NCBI RefSeq assembly: GCF_000315625.1
Contig: NW_005434577.1
Location: 222,147-286,146, forward strand
Reading direction: 5' to 3'
DNA: 64,000 nt
Origin: Guillardia theta CCMP2712
Taxonomy: Eukaryota > Protista > Cryptophyta
The position numbers and the translations under genes were made by a program. The notes under the pieces were generated by a model. The model worked only from the letters and a program-made list of their open reading frames with translations, was not told where the DNA came from and ran no database searches. This document shows, one piece after another, positions 35,798 through 49,430 of this stretch; positions within the stretch are counted from its first letter, which is position 1, and every line of letters begins with the position of its first letter.

Positions 35798-37054
35798 ATG
35801 CCGACCACTCAGGAGCATCAGGGAGTTTATCCCAAGAGCTGGAGCATGGTCACTGCCTTCCTGGTAAGCTGAACCTCCTTCCCTGTCCTCCTCCCTCTTT
35901 CCTCCCCTTCTTTTTTATCCTCCTTCCCTCCCCTCCTCTTCCCCTTTCCCCTTCCCCTTCCCTCCCGGTCCCACTTGTTCCATCTCCTGACTTATCCTAG
36001 TGGGACAAGTACAACGGGCATGCGTGGGTGAGAGACGTCGACGTGATCGACAGGCATATCGACGTCCAGGGTCGTCTGCACAGCAGGAGGCTGCTGACCC
36101 TCTATTCCAAAACACCCTTCGTCCTCCGCCCCATCCTTGGCGCCTCGTGAGTCCTGCCATGCCAAGACGCCCGCGGCCTCTCGGGTAGTGATATCTTGTA
36201 TGCAGTGTGCGTCCCTTCTACCTGCTCGAAGATTCCGTGGTGGACCTTGAGAACCGAACGATGGAAGTGAACGTCTGCAATGTCAACTTGCGAAACATCT
36301 GTTTCTGCAAGAGCGAATCTTCGTACACTCCTGACGCCGACAACCCCTCATACACCCGATACGGCATCATGGTTCAGACCAGAGCATTCCCTAAGGAAAT
36401 TTCTTCTACCTCCTCCTCCTCCTCCTCCTCCTCCTCCTCCTCCTGCTCTTTGCAAAACCCGGACATGGCCGAAAATTCTTCTCCTCGATTTCAGGCGATA
36501 CACAGGTGAGAAACTCGCGCTGAGCCCTGAAAATGACTGGATGTGCCTGAAATCGACTTGATGTCCCTGAAAAATGCTTGAATTCTCTGAAAAGTGACTT
36601 GATGTCTTGAAAATCGACTTGATGTCTCTGAAAAATGACTTGAATTCCCTGAACAATGGTTCCACGGCCCTTGTGTTGTTCAACGATACCTCTCTCTGTA
36701 GCAAGAAAAATATTTACCCTGTGTCCATCTTATTTTGATAGTGAGGAGACCGTTTCTGCTCGCATTTGTGTCCAAAAAGCATCCTGTCATCATCTCACTA
36801 TCTCCACCTTCACGCCATCTGCTTTTACTGACGTCGTTGCCAGGACTCTGGAGAATTTTGTGGGAGGACTGATATTGGGGAATGTGAAGATGGGAGAGAA
36901 GAAGATACAAGACTGGGCAAGGCAATTCGCTAAGATGCACTGCAGCGGAAGACAGGGCCTGTGGTTGTGCAGGCAGATGCACGAGACGTCCACGGAAGCA
37001 GCTCCTGCGTCGCTCTGTGCTGCTGAACCCTTAAGGAGCAGAGCAGAAGCATGA
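35798..37054 (+). CDS. PRELI/MSF1 (Ups/SLMO-like) lipid-transfer domain protein
   Basis: MPTTQEHQGVYPKSWSMVTAFL|WDKY..VRDVDVIDRHIDVQGRLHSRRLL | YLLEDSVVDLENRTM..NVN..SESSYTPDADNP..T. Confidence 0.85.
36525..36655. repeat. Degenerate ~20-bp minisatellite (GACTTGATGTCCCTGAAAA-like), probably intronic in the PRELI gene
   Basis: About 6 imperfect tandem copies. Confidence 0.75.
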
Positions 37055-37228
37055 CCAGTCCCTTGCAGAGGAGGTTTCGGTCACACCAGGATCCTGCCAT
37101 GCCGCTACATCGCTCATCCATTGCGTACAATTGTTTCTAGTTTCATAGCATAGTGATAAATTTACAACAGAATTCGCTTCCTTGCAGATTATGTGAAGTA
37201 TGAACTATGGTAGACATGCCTGCTCTCC

Positions 37229-39411
37229 CTAACGAGAAGGCAAGTGAGACTGCAGGTAGCTCTGACTCCCTGGGTAGTGCCTGGAGACCGCTGGTATAGC
37301 AGAGTTCATCGCAGAAGGTGCCATCGAGGAGCCCTGGAAGCCCGACATATGTACCATCCTCTGAGGGTTGTTTGCGATAGGATGGCCGCCGTTCCCGTTC
37401 CACACGGACACAGCACTGTGCATTTCGACCGGGGGGATGAACGCGATGGAGGGCGGGGGCCTCTGACTGAGCTGGATGTCCTGACTGGCAGGGGCCCGGA
37501 CAGTAGTATGCGCTCGCTCGTACCTTGGCGGAGGAGAGCTTCCAGCCGACCGCGGGGTGGCAGCCGCCATGCCCTACGAGCAGTCAGGTCACAAGACAGG
37601 AGTGCGGAGTCTGAGCATGAGGCTACCGCAGTGACGTCTCGAACGCCTCCCTCCGATACTCCCGAAGCCCCTTGAGGGTTCATGATGGACGCCCCGTTCC
37701 TCTCCTTCATCCTGTGTCAAAGATGAGTCCCTCCGCTGCCGGGGAACAGCTCGACCCCTACAAGGCTGTCATGCTGGATCCGTTGAGGGCACTAGTCTCG
37801 GGACTCTTGCGACTCCCACCGGAGTCCAACACCTGCATCAGCCTGTGAGCAGTCGGAACAGCCCTTGCTCTAGACTGACCATGTGCTGCGAGTCCGGGCT
37901 GACGTGAGAGTCCTGCAGTGTGGAGGGTCAGCGATCATGTCTGCTGGACAGTTGACACCGCAAACCAGCGTCTGTCGCTTCGAAGAGACCAGAGGAGGGG
38001 TGGGGGGGGTCGCGAGGTCCTTCTGGGGGTACCGCTCGAGGTCTTTGTCGTGCATGAGCTTCATGTTGCTCTGATGCAGCTCGATGTTCTTCCTGTTGAG
38101 CGAGTAGATCTGATCGTCTTTCTCGTGGAGAAGTTTTTGTAGAGACGCCACCTGCATCTGAAGCACTGCGTTCTTCTCGTGCACCTCCGCCATCTGCTGC
38201 AGGACGTGCCCTTCGTTCCTGTCCTCCACAGACGCCCTGGTTGAGCTGGAAACTCTCTGTCTGAGCTCTTGGTTTTGTGTCTCCAACTGATTGACATGAG
38301 ATTTCATTTGTTCTAGCTGCTCGAACAAGTTCTGGTTTTCATCAAAGTTTCAGATTCTGGCAGATGTTGAAGACCAAGAATGTTTTTTGGATGCACCTGT
38401 ATCAAAGCATTGTTGTTGTTCTCATCAAATGACAAGTAGTTCTTGCCTCGACTCATCCTGCCACATTGGTACAAGTCACAACATGTGATCATCGAAACTA
38501 ATCGCAAGGTGCGATTCTCTACCTTCCATTCTCTGAGAGGAGCCGCGCGTTCTCATTCTCCAACGTCGCTACCTTCACTTCGAGGGAGCGATACCTCTCC
38601 CAGAATTGAATGAAGTCAGAACCTACATCGCACGGCGGCGCTCAGTGAGGATGTCGTAGCGATGCATTCATATCAATCCTTTACCTCCTCTGAGCAGTCT
38701 GACTGAGTACTGCTGTCCGTTAGGACGTCGGAATGATATCATAACCTCTGTGCCCTGCCGCCCGAGCACGTGTTGCAAGACGTCTTGGGAAGTTTTGCAC
38801 TGCACCCCGTCCACAAGAATCAGCTCATCCCCCACAGAAATGTCCCCTTTCAACGCAGCAGAGCAGCCCGGTTTCAAGGCCGTCACTGTCATTGTCTTGG
38901 GGTCAATGTCGATTCCGACCCCGAAGTTGTTCGTGTCGTGAAGCCTCTGCTCTGTGCTCCTGTACAGCTGTCTTTGATCGCTCAGCTTCGCGACTCGTGG
39001 TGTCGTTGCTGCTTGATTGCTCCCTGACCTCGCACCGGAGGCGCCGTTCTTGTCGCTTGTCCCCGGGCTCGTGATTGAGACTATGTGCTTCTCGTTGGGA
39101 GCATGGGAGACATACCTGACGGAGGTGGAGCTGGAAGAATGGCTCTGCTCGTTCCGCGGTGGCGTCTGCGTCCTCGTCCCTTCCTTGTCCCTCTGTGAAG
39201 CTGCATATGACGGGCTCTGCGAGGCGAGGTAGCTGGGAGAGGCTGCGACAGAGTAGGAGGGTCGAGATGTGCGCGAGGCGAGAGGAGAGGTTCCAAGGCT
39301 GTAATACTTGTCATAGAAACTAGTCAGAGTGTACCCGTTCATCTGTAAACGATCGAACGATGACTGCATGTTGACTGTGACCAGCCTGATACCAGAATCC
39401 TGAGTACACAC
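37229..39411 (-). CDS. PDZ domain plus coiled-coil protein (multi-exon)
   Basis: FGVGIDID..VTALKPGCSAA..ISVGDELILVDG..VLGRQGTEVMISFRR, spliced in frame to GSDFIQFWERYRSLEVKVATLENEN and the coiled-coil exon 37870-38328. Confidence 0.75.
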
Positions 39412-40279
39412 AAACGTTAGAGGGGGAAGAGAATTTGGGATGATTTAGCTTGAACCACAATTCGCAACTATTTCCTTTTCTACCAGTATGCTCAGGTGTT
39501 TCAAAAACAATACATGGTTTTCATTTTGATTTGATTGAGTTGAAATTTTTCCTTCAAGAATGGCTATCGAGGTCGGTGAATTAAGCCACATTTGGCGATG
39601 CACAAGACGATTGAGGGAAGTCAAGGAGCAGCAAGCAGCGAGGATGAGAAAAGTTTTCAAGACAGACAGAGTTTGAGGATGAGAAATACGAGCGGAGGAG
39701 AGGGCTGTAACGAGGGGATTTGCTATCTGGGTAGCAGTGAAGGGATTTGGGGCCTCGAGATGGTGGGGGTTAGTGAATGAGGGGGAGAGAGCAAAGAGCA
39801 AAGTAGGGGACAAAGAGCAAGAGGAGGAGGAGCAGGAGGAGGAGCAGGAGGAGCAGGAGGGTTTCGCTTCTGCTGCTCCAGTGACTGTTCAGGTTCATGT
39901 CGCAACTTCTTCGCTCATGATGCCGAAAGGCTCCATCTACATTCGAAGCGGAAAGAAGGGACCACCGGTCCTCTCGAAAAGAAGGGGGTGGTCGCATACA
40001 AGGGTGGGTATTGATACAGAGGGTGCTTGGTGAAAGGGTACATTCCAGCCTCATCCACATGGTTCCAATAGCAACCAGCAGGGGATAGGGTGGGTCCAGT
40101 CGACGAGTGGATATGCATACACGATATACGGGTAGGTGCTATTTAGACCAGTACGGGTGGTTGAAGCAGGAAGCAGGATGAGGTGGGGTACTCGGAAACT
40201 CCGGGGGGTACAAATAGCATGCTGTAGAGGGCCCACCTCTACCCCTTTACCTCATATTCAGGTCAAAACTACCGGTAGA

Positions 40280-41853
40280 AGCCACTACCGGTCCCAGGGC
40301 TGTGGCACTACCAGTGCAAGTGCTTTGACGTCGCGAATCTCCGTCTCCTGGCGAAGGTGTTTCAGTGGCCACAGAACCAGGCACAGGAGGGTTCATCTGT
40401 CCTGCAACCTGCCCCTGGCACCCCTCCATCTGACCTTCAGTTCGCCTACTTCAAACGTCAGTTGCCTTATAGTGCTGGAGGAGATGGGTTCACCCCGCAG
40501 GAGGGCGTGGCCTACACCGCATTCTGGTCGGCGACTGCCAAGTTTCTCAAATGGGCGGGTGAAATTGCCATCTTCCAGCATTGGACTTTCGGCCCTACAC
40601 CGCCACTCTTCCACCGGATCAATTCTGACACTGAGCTTCGAATCCGCCAACCGCAGCAAGCGGACGCTGGGGATGTTGTCCCCATGCTTGCTGCCTTCTT
40701 GGACACTCACAGGCACTTGATGGAGCAGGGCATCTCGGCGTACACCTCCTTGGCGGAGCTTCCTCAGGCGTGCGACAATGGCTGGATCCCCTCGCCTGAA
40801 TTATTTGGGACGTCGGGCAGTGTGCTTTTCATCCCCGCCCAGCGGGAGCTCACGGCTCAGTTCCTCTCGGAGTTTCCCCGGTTCCGCAGTATTCGGGCTC
40901 ACCTTTCAGAGCGCCAGAGATCTTTGTTGGCACACCACTCCAGCTTCTCTACTCCCCTTCGAGTACCAGGCCACCCGGTTGATGAACTTCTGTCTCAGTT
41001 TACCCCTCAGCGCACGATTTGGCACTCGACTATGGAAAGTACAAACCTTGGGATCTTTGAGCAGCAGCCCATCAGCTTGGTGGCTGCCGCTGACAAGTTT
41101 CTTCATGGATTGCCGGTTGACCTCCCGCCGCACTGCGATCGATGCCATCATCTTCTCCGTCATCCTGGGGGGACCACACACATGGCAACCTGCAGGCACC
41201 GCAGCCAGTTATGGACTGATGCGCATGAGAAGTGCAATGCCGTCCTCAGTACCCTCATCAAAGATTCCGGAGTGAGATGCCGCGTCCACGTGCAAGGCGT
41301 ACCCGGCACCAGGCAGAACGTTTCCCAACATGGCCCGGAAGATCATCATGTAGGGGACTTTGAACTTCCACAACTGATGGCTACTGGCGGCGGATGGCAT
41401 GGGTTAATCCTGGACTTCAGCATGTCACATGTGTTTGACAATGATGGAATACCGGACCTCGCTCGGAGCAAACTGCAAGCGGCAGCACAGCGGAAGATCC
41501 GAGGGCATCGTAATGCATATGCTCAACACGTCCCGCCAAAGGCCTTTCTTCCCATCATCGCCAGCACTGATGGCCTCTTGCAGGACGATGCGTTGCGCTT
41601 TCTGTGGTGGCTGGCGGATCGCTCGGCGAACAAGGAAACGGCAGCGCTGGATGGTCTCTCGGCCTCGCAAGACGTCTCAGGTGATCCGACTTGCAAACGC
41701 ATTCGGTCCAGGATCTTCCGTCAGCTCAAGGCCTCCCTGTCCTACGCTGCCATCATCGCGGGTGCATCCCGGTATGCGTCTCATTCCTTCGGCGGCGGCC
41801 ACCGCGACATCGCTGGCATGGCCGCGCGGGGGACTTGTCCTGCGCGCCGTTAA
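40280..41853 (+). mobile_element. 5'-truncated non-LTR retrotransposon with restriction-like endonuclease (CRE/R2-like)
   Basis: Post-RT QLPYSAGGDG motif; CCHC finger CDRC..H..C..H; REL region VGDF..LILDFSMSH..RKIRGH..FLPIIASTDG; intronless; RT core absent. Confidence 0.75.
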
Positions 41854-41980
41854 GTGAAGGTATCAGTTAAGTTTGGGGGACAGCAGTCGGCAGGATTAGG
41901 TTTGGTTCTCGCTGTCTTTTCTCTTCTCGCCGTTTGGCCTGTGCGACAGTGTCAGGCTGAGGGTCAAGCGCGGCCTCCTC

Positions 41981-42030
41981 GACTCTCCTGATTGTCCTCG
42001 TACTGATTTTTAACTTAACTTTGAGTAAAG
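41981..42030 (+). repeat. Dispersed ~47-nt element, second locus
   Basis: GACTCTCCTGATTGTCCTCGTACTGATTTTTAACTTAACTTTGAGTAAAG, near-identical to 10809-10855. Confidence 0.9.
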
Positions 42031-43024
42031 TAAGACTGTAGGGCCGCCGGGACTGCCGCCGGGACAAGTTGACCCATGAAATTGAAGATGAACGGTTCAC
42101 GGTTGGACTGGTGAGACTCAGAGGGGACCGGACTGAGGTGGCCGGGCCCGGGCCCGGGCCCCGGTCCCGGCGGCGGGTCACCACTGGCCAGTTGTCAGTG
42201 AATCGAGATGATCATCCGAGATCATGGATCGGAGTCCAACACTGACAAGTGGGGCGTTCAAGGGACTCTAAGACGAGAACGTAAACTGAAGCTATGATTG
42301 GCCGCAATGCGACAGATCATCAGGGAGGAGTCGGAGACTCAACCCTCTGGCAGGCATACTGTACTAGAGGCGATGAGCGAGGACCAACCGGGATCCGTCA
42401 GGCCGTGGTGGAGGAACAGAAGGGTGGGGAAGAAGAAGAAGAAGAAGAAGAAGAAGAAGAAGAAGAAGAAGAAGAAGAAGAAGAAGAAGAAGAAGAAGAA
42501 CAAGAAGTTCAAGAAGAACCACGATCAACTGATCGAGGTTGAATATCTATCCAACAAGGAGGAATGTCAGCAACAAGGAGTAATCAGAATAAACCCTTGC
42601 AACATCAGATTGATGACGACAATGGATCTCCAGATACATACAGATCAATGATCGCTAATAGGTGAAAGTCGACCTAGACCACCCTTGGTATCACAAGTAT
42701 CCTCTTGAGATTGTACTCGAGGATGCGCCCAAAAGTTATTGATGCGTTCAAGTCTGCACTTTTGATGCAGCAGGAGCAAGCTTGAAAGCAGAGCTAAGGT
42801 ATCATGCTTACATGCCGATGGATCAAAAAACGATCACTGTTGTACCAGGATGGTATCTTCAGTCATCTCGCTCGAGGGTCGTAGAGGCCAAGTGGAGGCC
42901 AAGAGGTCAAGCAAGCATCTGGCGTTGCAGATTCCAAGAGGCGCAACGATGGTTTCGATCGAGCTCGGTGAGATTTGCTCCGATCTCCGTTAGCTTAACC
43001 TTTTTCTCCATCACTCATCTTCTT

Positions 43025-44155
43025 CTACGTGCTCCCTCCCCCGCAAGTGCCCTTCAGTCCTAGCAGACCGATCGCTGCCGCCCGTGCTCGCATAATGCTG
43101 CTGCCCCCGCACTCCTTGCATCCCGATCGGACCCGCCCGTGCTCGCATATGCTGCTGCCCCCGCATCCCTTGCATCTCGATCTGATCCGCCCGTGCTCGC
43201 ATATGCTGCTGCCCCCGCACTCCTTGCATCTCGATCGCTGCCGCCCGTGCTCGCATATGCTCCTGCCCCCGCACTCCTTGCATTGCGATCGGACCCGCCC
43301 GTGCTCGCATATGCTGCCCCCCCCGCATCCCTTGCATCTCGATCTGATCCGCCCGTGCTCGCATATGCTCCTGCCCCCGCATCCCTTGCAGACCGATCGC
43401 TGCCGCCCGTGCTCGCATATGCTCCTGCCCCCGCACTCCTTGCATTGCGATCGCTGCCGCCCGTGCTCACATATGCTCCTGCCCCCGCACTCCTTGCATC
43501 CCGATCGCTGCCGCCCGTGCTCACATATGCTCCTGCCCCCGCACTCCTTGCATCCCGATCGCTGCCGCCCGTGCTCGCATATGCTGCTGCCCCCGCATCC
43601 CTTGCATACCGATCGCTGCCGCCCGTGCTCGCATATGCTGCCGCCCCCGCATCCCTTGCATTCCAATCGCCGCCGTCCGTGCTCGCATATGCTGCTGCCC
43701 CCGCACTCCTTGCATTGCGATCGTCGCCGCCCGTGCTCGCATATGCTCCTGCCCCCGCATCCCTTGCATCCCGATCGGACCCGCCCGTGCTCGCATATGC
43801 TGCCCCCCCCGCATCCCTTGCATTGCGATCGTTCCCGCCCGTGCTCGCATATGCTGCTGCCCCCGCACTCCTTGCATTGCGATCGTCGCCGCCCGTGCTC
43901 GCATATGCTGCTGCCCCCGCACTCCTTGCATTGCGATCGTCGCCGCCCGTGCTCGCATATGCTGCTGCCCCCGCACTCCTTGCATTGCGATCGCTGCCGC
44001 CCGTGCTCACATAAACTCCTTCGTATCCTTTTGTTTTCTACTCGTCCTTCTCCTTTCAATGTGTCAACTCCTTCTCTTCCTTCTTGTCTCTCCTTCTCAT
44101 CGCTCATCTTCCTCCTCCTCTTGCGTGTCGTTCCACAGTCTGCTGCTGTAGACAT
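43025..44155 (-). CDS. CEHGR Cys/His-repeat protein A: basic NLS-like leader plus 17 intact 18-aa repeats plus a frameshifted 18th
   Basis: RKRRRK leader; 54-bp tandem unit encoding CEHGRxRSxCKxCGGxSI; intronless. Confidence 0.8.
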   Translation of the reverse strand: MSTAADCGTTRKRRRKMSDEKERQEGREGVDTLKGEGRVENKRIRRSLCEHGRQRSQCKECGGSSICEHGRRRSQCKECGGSSICEHGRRRSQCKECGGSSICEHGRERSQCKGCGGGSICEHGRVRSGCKGCGGRSICEHGRRRSQCKECGGSSICEHGRRRLECKGCGGGSICEHGRQRSVCKGCGGSSICEHGRQRSGCKECGGRSICEHGRQRSGCKECGGRSICEHGRQRSQCKECGGRSICEHGRQRSVCKGCGGRSICEHGRIRSRCKGCGGGSICEHGRVRSQCKECGGRSICEHGRQRSRCKECGGSSICEHGRIRSRCKGCGGSSICEHGRVRSGCKECGGSSIMRARAAAIGLLGLKGTCGGGST

Positions 44156-45297
44156 CGCAGGAATACAGCGCTGCCCTCTAGCTGTTGGACGTGGCGCTGC
44201 ACTCTTTCGCTAGATCTGTTCTCGTGCGGGCGTTTATTAATGCATAGGTTTGGGGTAGGTAGTCTCGGCATAGGAGAATAGTACCTGTTCTTATTATTCA
44301 AAACGTTTTATTTTGTACTGATTAATTTACTCAATAAAAATTTCAGAAGAATAGTTTTTTAATTGTAAATGATATTTGTACTGATATGAATAATGCAGTA
44401 CAAATATCAATGGCAATAACGAAAATTTTATAGCATCAAAACAATGAGTAAACCTTCGCTGGGTGCAGGGAGCTGAATAAACCATCAGGGGCTTTTTGAA
44501 AACTTAGATTGTAAACTTTCTTCCCAAATTTGAAACTCTGAAAAACGTATTTGATAATATTTCTATATAAATAGAAAATTGCTGATTATTTGGAAATCAA
44601 AACGATAAAGCATGGACGACGGAAAGATCTCGGGGGTAGAATTGAACGGGTAGTGTTTGACCTGCCCACTAGGGGTACTTATACTTCGACTACCCTATAT
44701 CTTTATAGTAAAACAAAGTAAAGGGGGTGGGTCCTCAGTCCCTGCGAGATCCGCTGCCCGTCGCCAATGGCAGATGTCGAGTTTTCTAGTACGGAAGCGG
44801 GATGCAGGGGAGCGGGGATGAAGGGAAGCAGGGACACAGGGCAGGAGTTAGAAGGGGAGCAGGAGCAGGAGGGGACGAGGGGACGAGGGGAGCAGGAGAA
44901 CAGGAGATCAGAGGAGGAGCAGGACGGTAGAAGGAAAGAAAAGGTAGCAGGAAAAGCTGAGACGGCAACGAGGCGAGGAGAGCAGGCAGGGTTGATGTGG
45001 TGGGGGGGAGGGTTCGTAACAAGAAATTTCCTTGAAGAAACCTTACCATGTACAAGAAATTTCCTTGAAGAAACCTTACCATTGAGAAATATTTTCCTTT
45101 GGTGATTGTATGAACCGTGTGTGCTGATACGGTTTTCTTTCTATTTTGCAGTCAGGTCCCTTGCCTTATTTCCCTATCACAGCTGCAGACTCTTGTCTCT
45201 TTCTTCCTTGCATGTTGTTGGAAACACCATGAAACATAGCACACACAATGCCTCTGTTGTTGCAGCTGCTGGTTTGGTGCTTAGCTGTGCATGACAG

Positions 45298-47111
45298 ATG
45301 TCGGACTACGGAGGAGGCGATCACGGATCGGGCGGCAATCAGGAGTATCAATCTGGGCTTGTTTATCAGCAAGGGCAAGAGGGCCAAGGAGGAGGTGCTG
45401 GTGCTGACTACACGAGTGGCTATGCCGTTGCAAGCGAATATCCCGGAGGCAGCAGAGCTGACATGGGACAATCCAACGAGCCGGCTGGTTTCAAACTTTT
45501 TGTCGGCGGGATCCCATGGAAGTACAGTGACGAGGATCTTCGGGAGCATTTCTCTCAATACGGAAACGTGATTTCTGCGAACGTGAGATAGCGAGTGTCG
45601 ATCGTGTGGTCGCGTTGTGATGGAGAGCCGTGCAGGTCATTGTTGAGAAAGTTGGTGAACATGCTGGAAAGTCTCGAGGGTTTGGCTTCGTCATTTATGA
45701 AAGGAAGGAAGATTCTGAAGAAGCCATCCGCGTCTTGCATGAGTCAGAGATCGAAGGCCGAAAGGTACAAAGTTGGAAACCTGACTCTGTGGAGCTCACT
45801 AGTCCTGGTGCAGATCACAGTCAAAGTTGCGACTGAGAGAGCTCCAGGTTCGGGCCCGATGAGAGATAGAAGGTATCTGCTCCTGTTTTACAGGGTCCAT
45901 GGTATCACTCATACTCTTGACTGCTCAGACCCATGGGTGACAGGAGAGACTTTGGCCGGGATCGTGAGAGAATGGGTAAGTTGAAACCTTGTGTTGGTGT
46001 TGATATCTGGCATCCATTCCTTTCATGTTCACAAACGCCACTGTCATGAAGATGTAGGCTTTTATGACAGAATTTCAGATCGTCCTCGATCCCCTCCACG
46101 CATGGACGAACGTGGGCCTCCCCGCGGCTATTATCGGCATGATGACAGGGACATGGGAAGGCCGATGCCTGACGATAGAGGTCCTCGGGGCGGACCGCCG
46201 ATGGATCGTTATCCTCCAAGAGGGATGGATGACCGTAGAGGAGACTTTCGTAGAGGGCCAGACAGATACGGAGACCGCGGCGACGATCGTTTCGGACCAG
46301 ACGGTGGTCGCAATGACGATCGCGGGATGGGCAGACCATCCTACATGCAAGACCGTGGCGGCTATCCTCCCGACAGGGGCTTCCCTCGAGGAATGGATGA
46401 TCGCGGTCCCCGTGGGCCTCCGTGAGAGCCGCTCTTCTGGTGGAAGGAGTGGTGCTGATCGGTTTTCAGGATGGACGACAGGGGGGGACGAATGGGTGGT
46501 GGCATGAGAGGTGCTTGTCTTTAACGTTAGATAGCTGTCCTGACTTGGCGGTGTGCAAGTAGATTATGACGGTCGTGGGTATGGACGAGGGGAGCGAGGA
46601 CCTCCTCCCGGCGATCGATCCGCCGAGAGGCCCCGAATGGATGATCGCCGTCCTCCAGGTTTGGGAGCTAAAAAGGGGGTTGGTGCTTCTCTTTCATCTG
46701 ACGATCGAGAAGGTGGGATGAGAGATGATCGTGGTCGTGGCCCTCCAGGTGACTAGAAACGTTTCACCCTGCATGTTGGCGTTGCGGGACTGACCCAGCT
46801 ACAGTCGACAGAGACTTCGGACGGGGTGGCCCTGGTCCTTACTCTGGAGATCCTTACCGGGGCGGACCCGGGTAAACTTCTCGTTTTTGTTGGATCATTC
46901 CTGAATCAAGCAACAGTGGAGCTCCGGCTGGTCCAGGGTACGGTCAGGGTCCTCCAGGCGGCATGCCAGGTACACAAAGAAATGATGGGTGTAACTCTCG
47001 GCCTGACTGGGACTGTTAGACATGGATCGAAGGGGCCCTCCTCCTGACGGTCGCGGTGGTCCAATGCGCCCATTTGATAGAGATGGCAGAGACAGAGCAC
47101 GTCCATACTGA
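45298..47111 (+). CDS. RRM plus Gly/Arg/Asp/Pro-rich RNA-binding protein
   Basis: FKLFVGGIPW..DEDLREHFSQYG | KSRGFGFVIY..AI..L..EIEGRK | ITVKVA; RGG/DDRG-rich tail ending RARPY*. Confidence 0.85.
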
Positions 47112-48015
47112 TCGATGCCTTCCGAAGATGCTCGCAACGCATATGTTGGCAACTCCGTGTTGCAATGATGCATCAGTACGCTGAAGAAATCTGGGCTGGA
47201 ATACGTTCAGTCCTCCGATTCATCCAGCATATAATTCCTTGGCGCGGGGATTGTGGATATTCGGGACACCATCAATTTTTTTGCAGGAATCGGATCAATC
47301 GAGTCCCAATTTATCTCAGTTGTTTGCAAGTTCGTATGGCACTGCTTATGACTAATATGATATGCTAAGGATAATACTAGCGTTGTCTGCCTCTTGCACG
47401 GACAATGATTGCTTGGGAAAATGATTCTTGATCGCAGTTTATGAGATTGCCGCATTGGTTAATTTGTTTGCAAGCGTCAACTCTCTTTCTCACGCATATC
47501 AATTTTCTGTTCCCTTTGATTCTCATCGCAATTTTTTTGCTCTCTCTGATTATTTTCAATCTCTCTCCTTCATTTCAGCAGCATGAGGGCAGCAGAGACT
47601 TGAGCAGAGTCGACTTGTGAGAAATGCACGTATGAGGCCATGATGCAGTCATGTTGGGTTGCAGAGATGCTGTGAGTTGCCTTGTAAGTCGTGCAGAGGG
47701 AGATCGTCAAGTGAGAAGGCGTGTTGAGTTGAGTGCAAGCACAACAGAGAGTGATGTTTGCTAAGTGCAAGTGCAATTCTTGTCAGTTAACTTGAATGAG
47801 GGGTGCTAGGCGTCTTCAGATCTGCAATCGATCCTTTTCCGGCAGGCCCCTACACTCTCTTCTCACCATTGAACGCTGAGATCGTTTGATCCTTCTCATC
47901 CTGCTCGACGCCTGTCTGCTGATCTTGTTGATGCGGTTTATTTGATTCGGTCAAGCTGATCTGTTAAATAATATCGTAATCTCCTCGCCGCCGTCGCAGC
48001 TCATCTAGTCCAATG

Positions 48016-48466
48016 TCATGGGCCAATGCACCTGGCGTGATTGTACCTGTCGGAGTTGAGGCATCGATGCGAAGGATCACTGGATCGCAGCGAGCAAGAT
48101 TGAAACAAGCGCTGAGAGCGTTTGGTCATTGCAAGCGATGACAAGAGGAGAGAAGGACGGGGCAATGGTGAGGAGGGTAAGAGAACGAGGGAGAACAACT
48201 CAATGACGGGTGATGTCAAGGTTACCCGAAGAGAGTGAAGCTCCCTGCAGACCAGCAGAGGAAAATTATCTGGGAAGTTACCTTCAGTTTGACCTGCGGG
48301 AGTACAAGGGGGAGTTCTTACCAGGAACAAGCAGACGAGGGGGTAGAAGATGGCTGACCAGTCTTGATTGTTCTCGAAAGTGACGTAGTTGGGGCTCGTC
48401 GGATCGACCCAGCAGAAATAAGATTTGCCCTGCAAGCATGTCACCGAGGCTGATGTGGAGAGGGCG

Positions 48467-48499
<33 letters not shown>

Positions 48500-49430
48500 A
48501 GAGAAGTTACCTCCTCGTACTTGCCAATGGCATCTTTCTGCTCATCGGGGTCAAGCCAGTGCCAGTCTTCTAACTTGATGTAGGCGCTGCAGCTAAAGTG
48601 AGAGAGGAAGGGATGGCCGGCGAGCCTCCTACGTCGAGCCGTTATTGATCGTGGTCCCCGTGGAGCAAAAGATAACGTCTGCCACCACGAATGTCACAAG
48701 ATAGAATAAACAAATCTAAAAGAAAGAAGAGAGGAGAAGAGATAGAAGAGAGAACACAAACTTAAAAGAAAGAAGAGACGAGGGGGAAGAGAGGAGAGAA
48801 AGGTCGGGGGAGGGGGCAATGATAGATTGGAAAAAACCGTTCTCCGGGTTGTATGTCTTGCTGCCTTGCATGTCGGACATTTCAATGTCTGAACAGGAAA
48901 TCAACATTTCATGATTGTTGACAACGAAACCTCACCGTTTCCTATCTGCCCATGACATTGTATGTGACTCACGTTGACGGGTAGCTGCAAACAAGCGTGA
49001 CATACTCTCCTCTCCTCCAACTGTCCACTCACATGTGCTACTTGCACTTCATGTCCATGGTGAGTGTGATACGACAACAGTTGTGCCTTCCCTGCGATCA
49101 TACAATCGGCGGGAACCAAGTTGTGCCATTTTCTACAGGGAGCAATTCAGAAACAAGACAGATTGCTAGCTCTTGAGCTTCACCTGATCTCCGGAACCAA
49201 CTGCCACCAGATCAAGTACGTAGCCAGGATAACAAGGACGAGAGTGTAGGCCATCGCGCGAACCACTGAATCTTTCTTGCCGCAAGCACTGGCGTCAAGA
49301 TCTCAGACGTTCCAAGATTAAGCGTGATGCACAACAGATGTAGAACTTGCCTGCAGCGATAAAGAACAGGAAAGAGATGACAAGGATAATGACCCAGCCA
49401 TTCGTCTCTGCCAGATTTTGTCATGGTGGC
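48016..49430 (-). CDS. Two-TM membrane protein with Cys-rich loop (BK-beta-subunit-like topology); multi-exon, approximate ends
   Basis: TM AYTLVLVILATYLIWWQLVP; loop ..ADC..; GKSYFCWVDPTSPNYVTF then TM WSAIFYPLVCLFL. Confidence 0.4.

Noticed and set aside
42294-42651. Poly-Lys/Glu ORFs
   Set aside because: Dominated by a (GAA)n microsatellite; no recognisable domain
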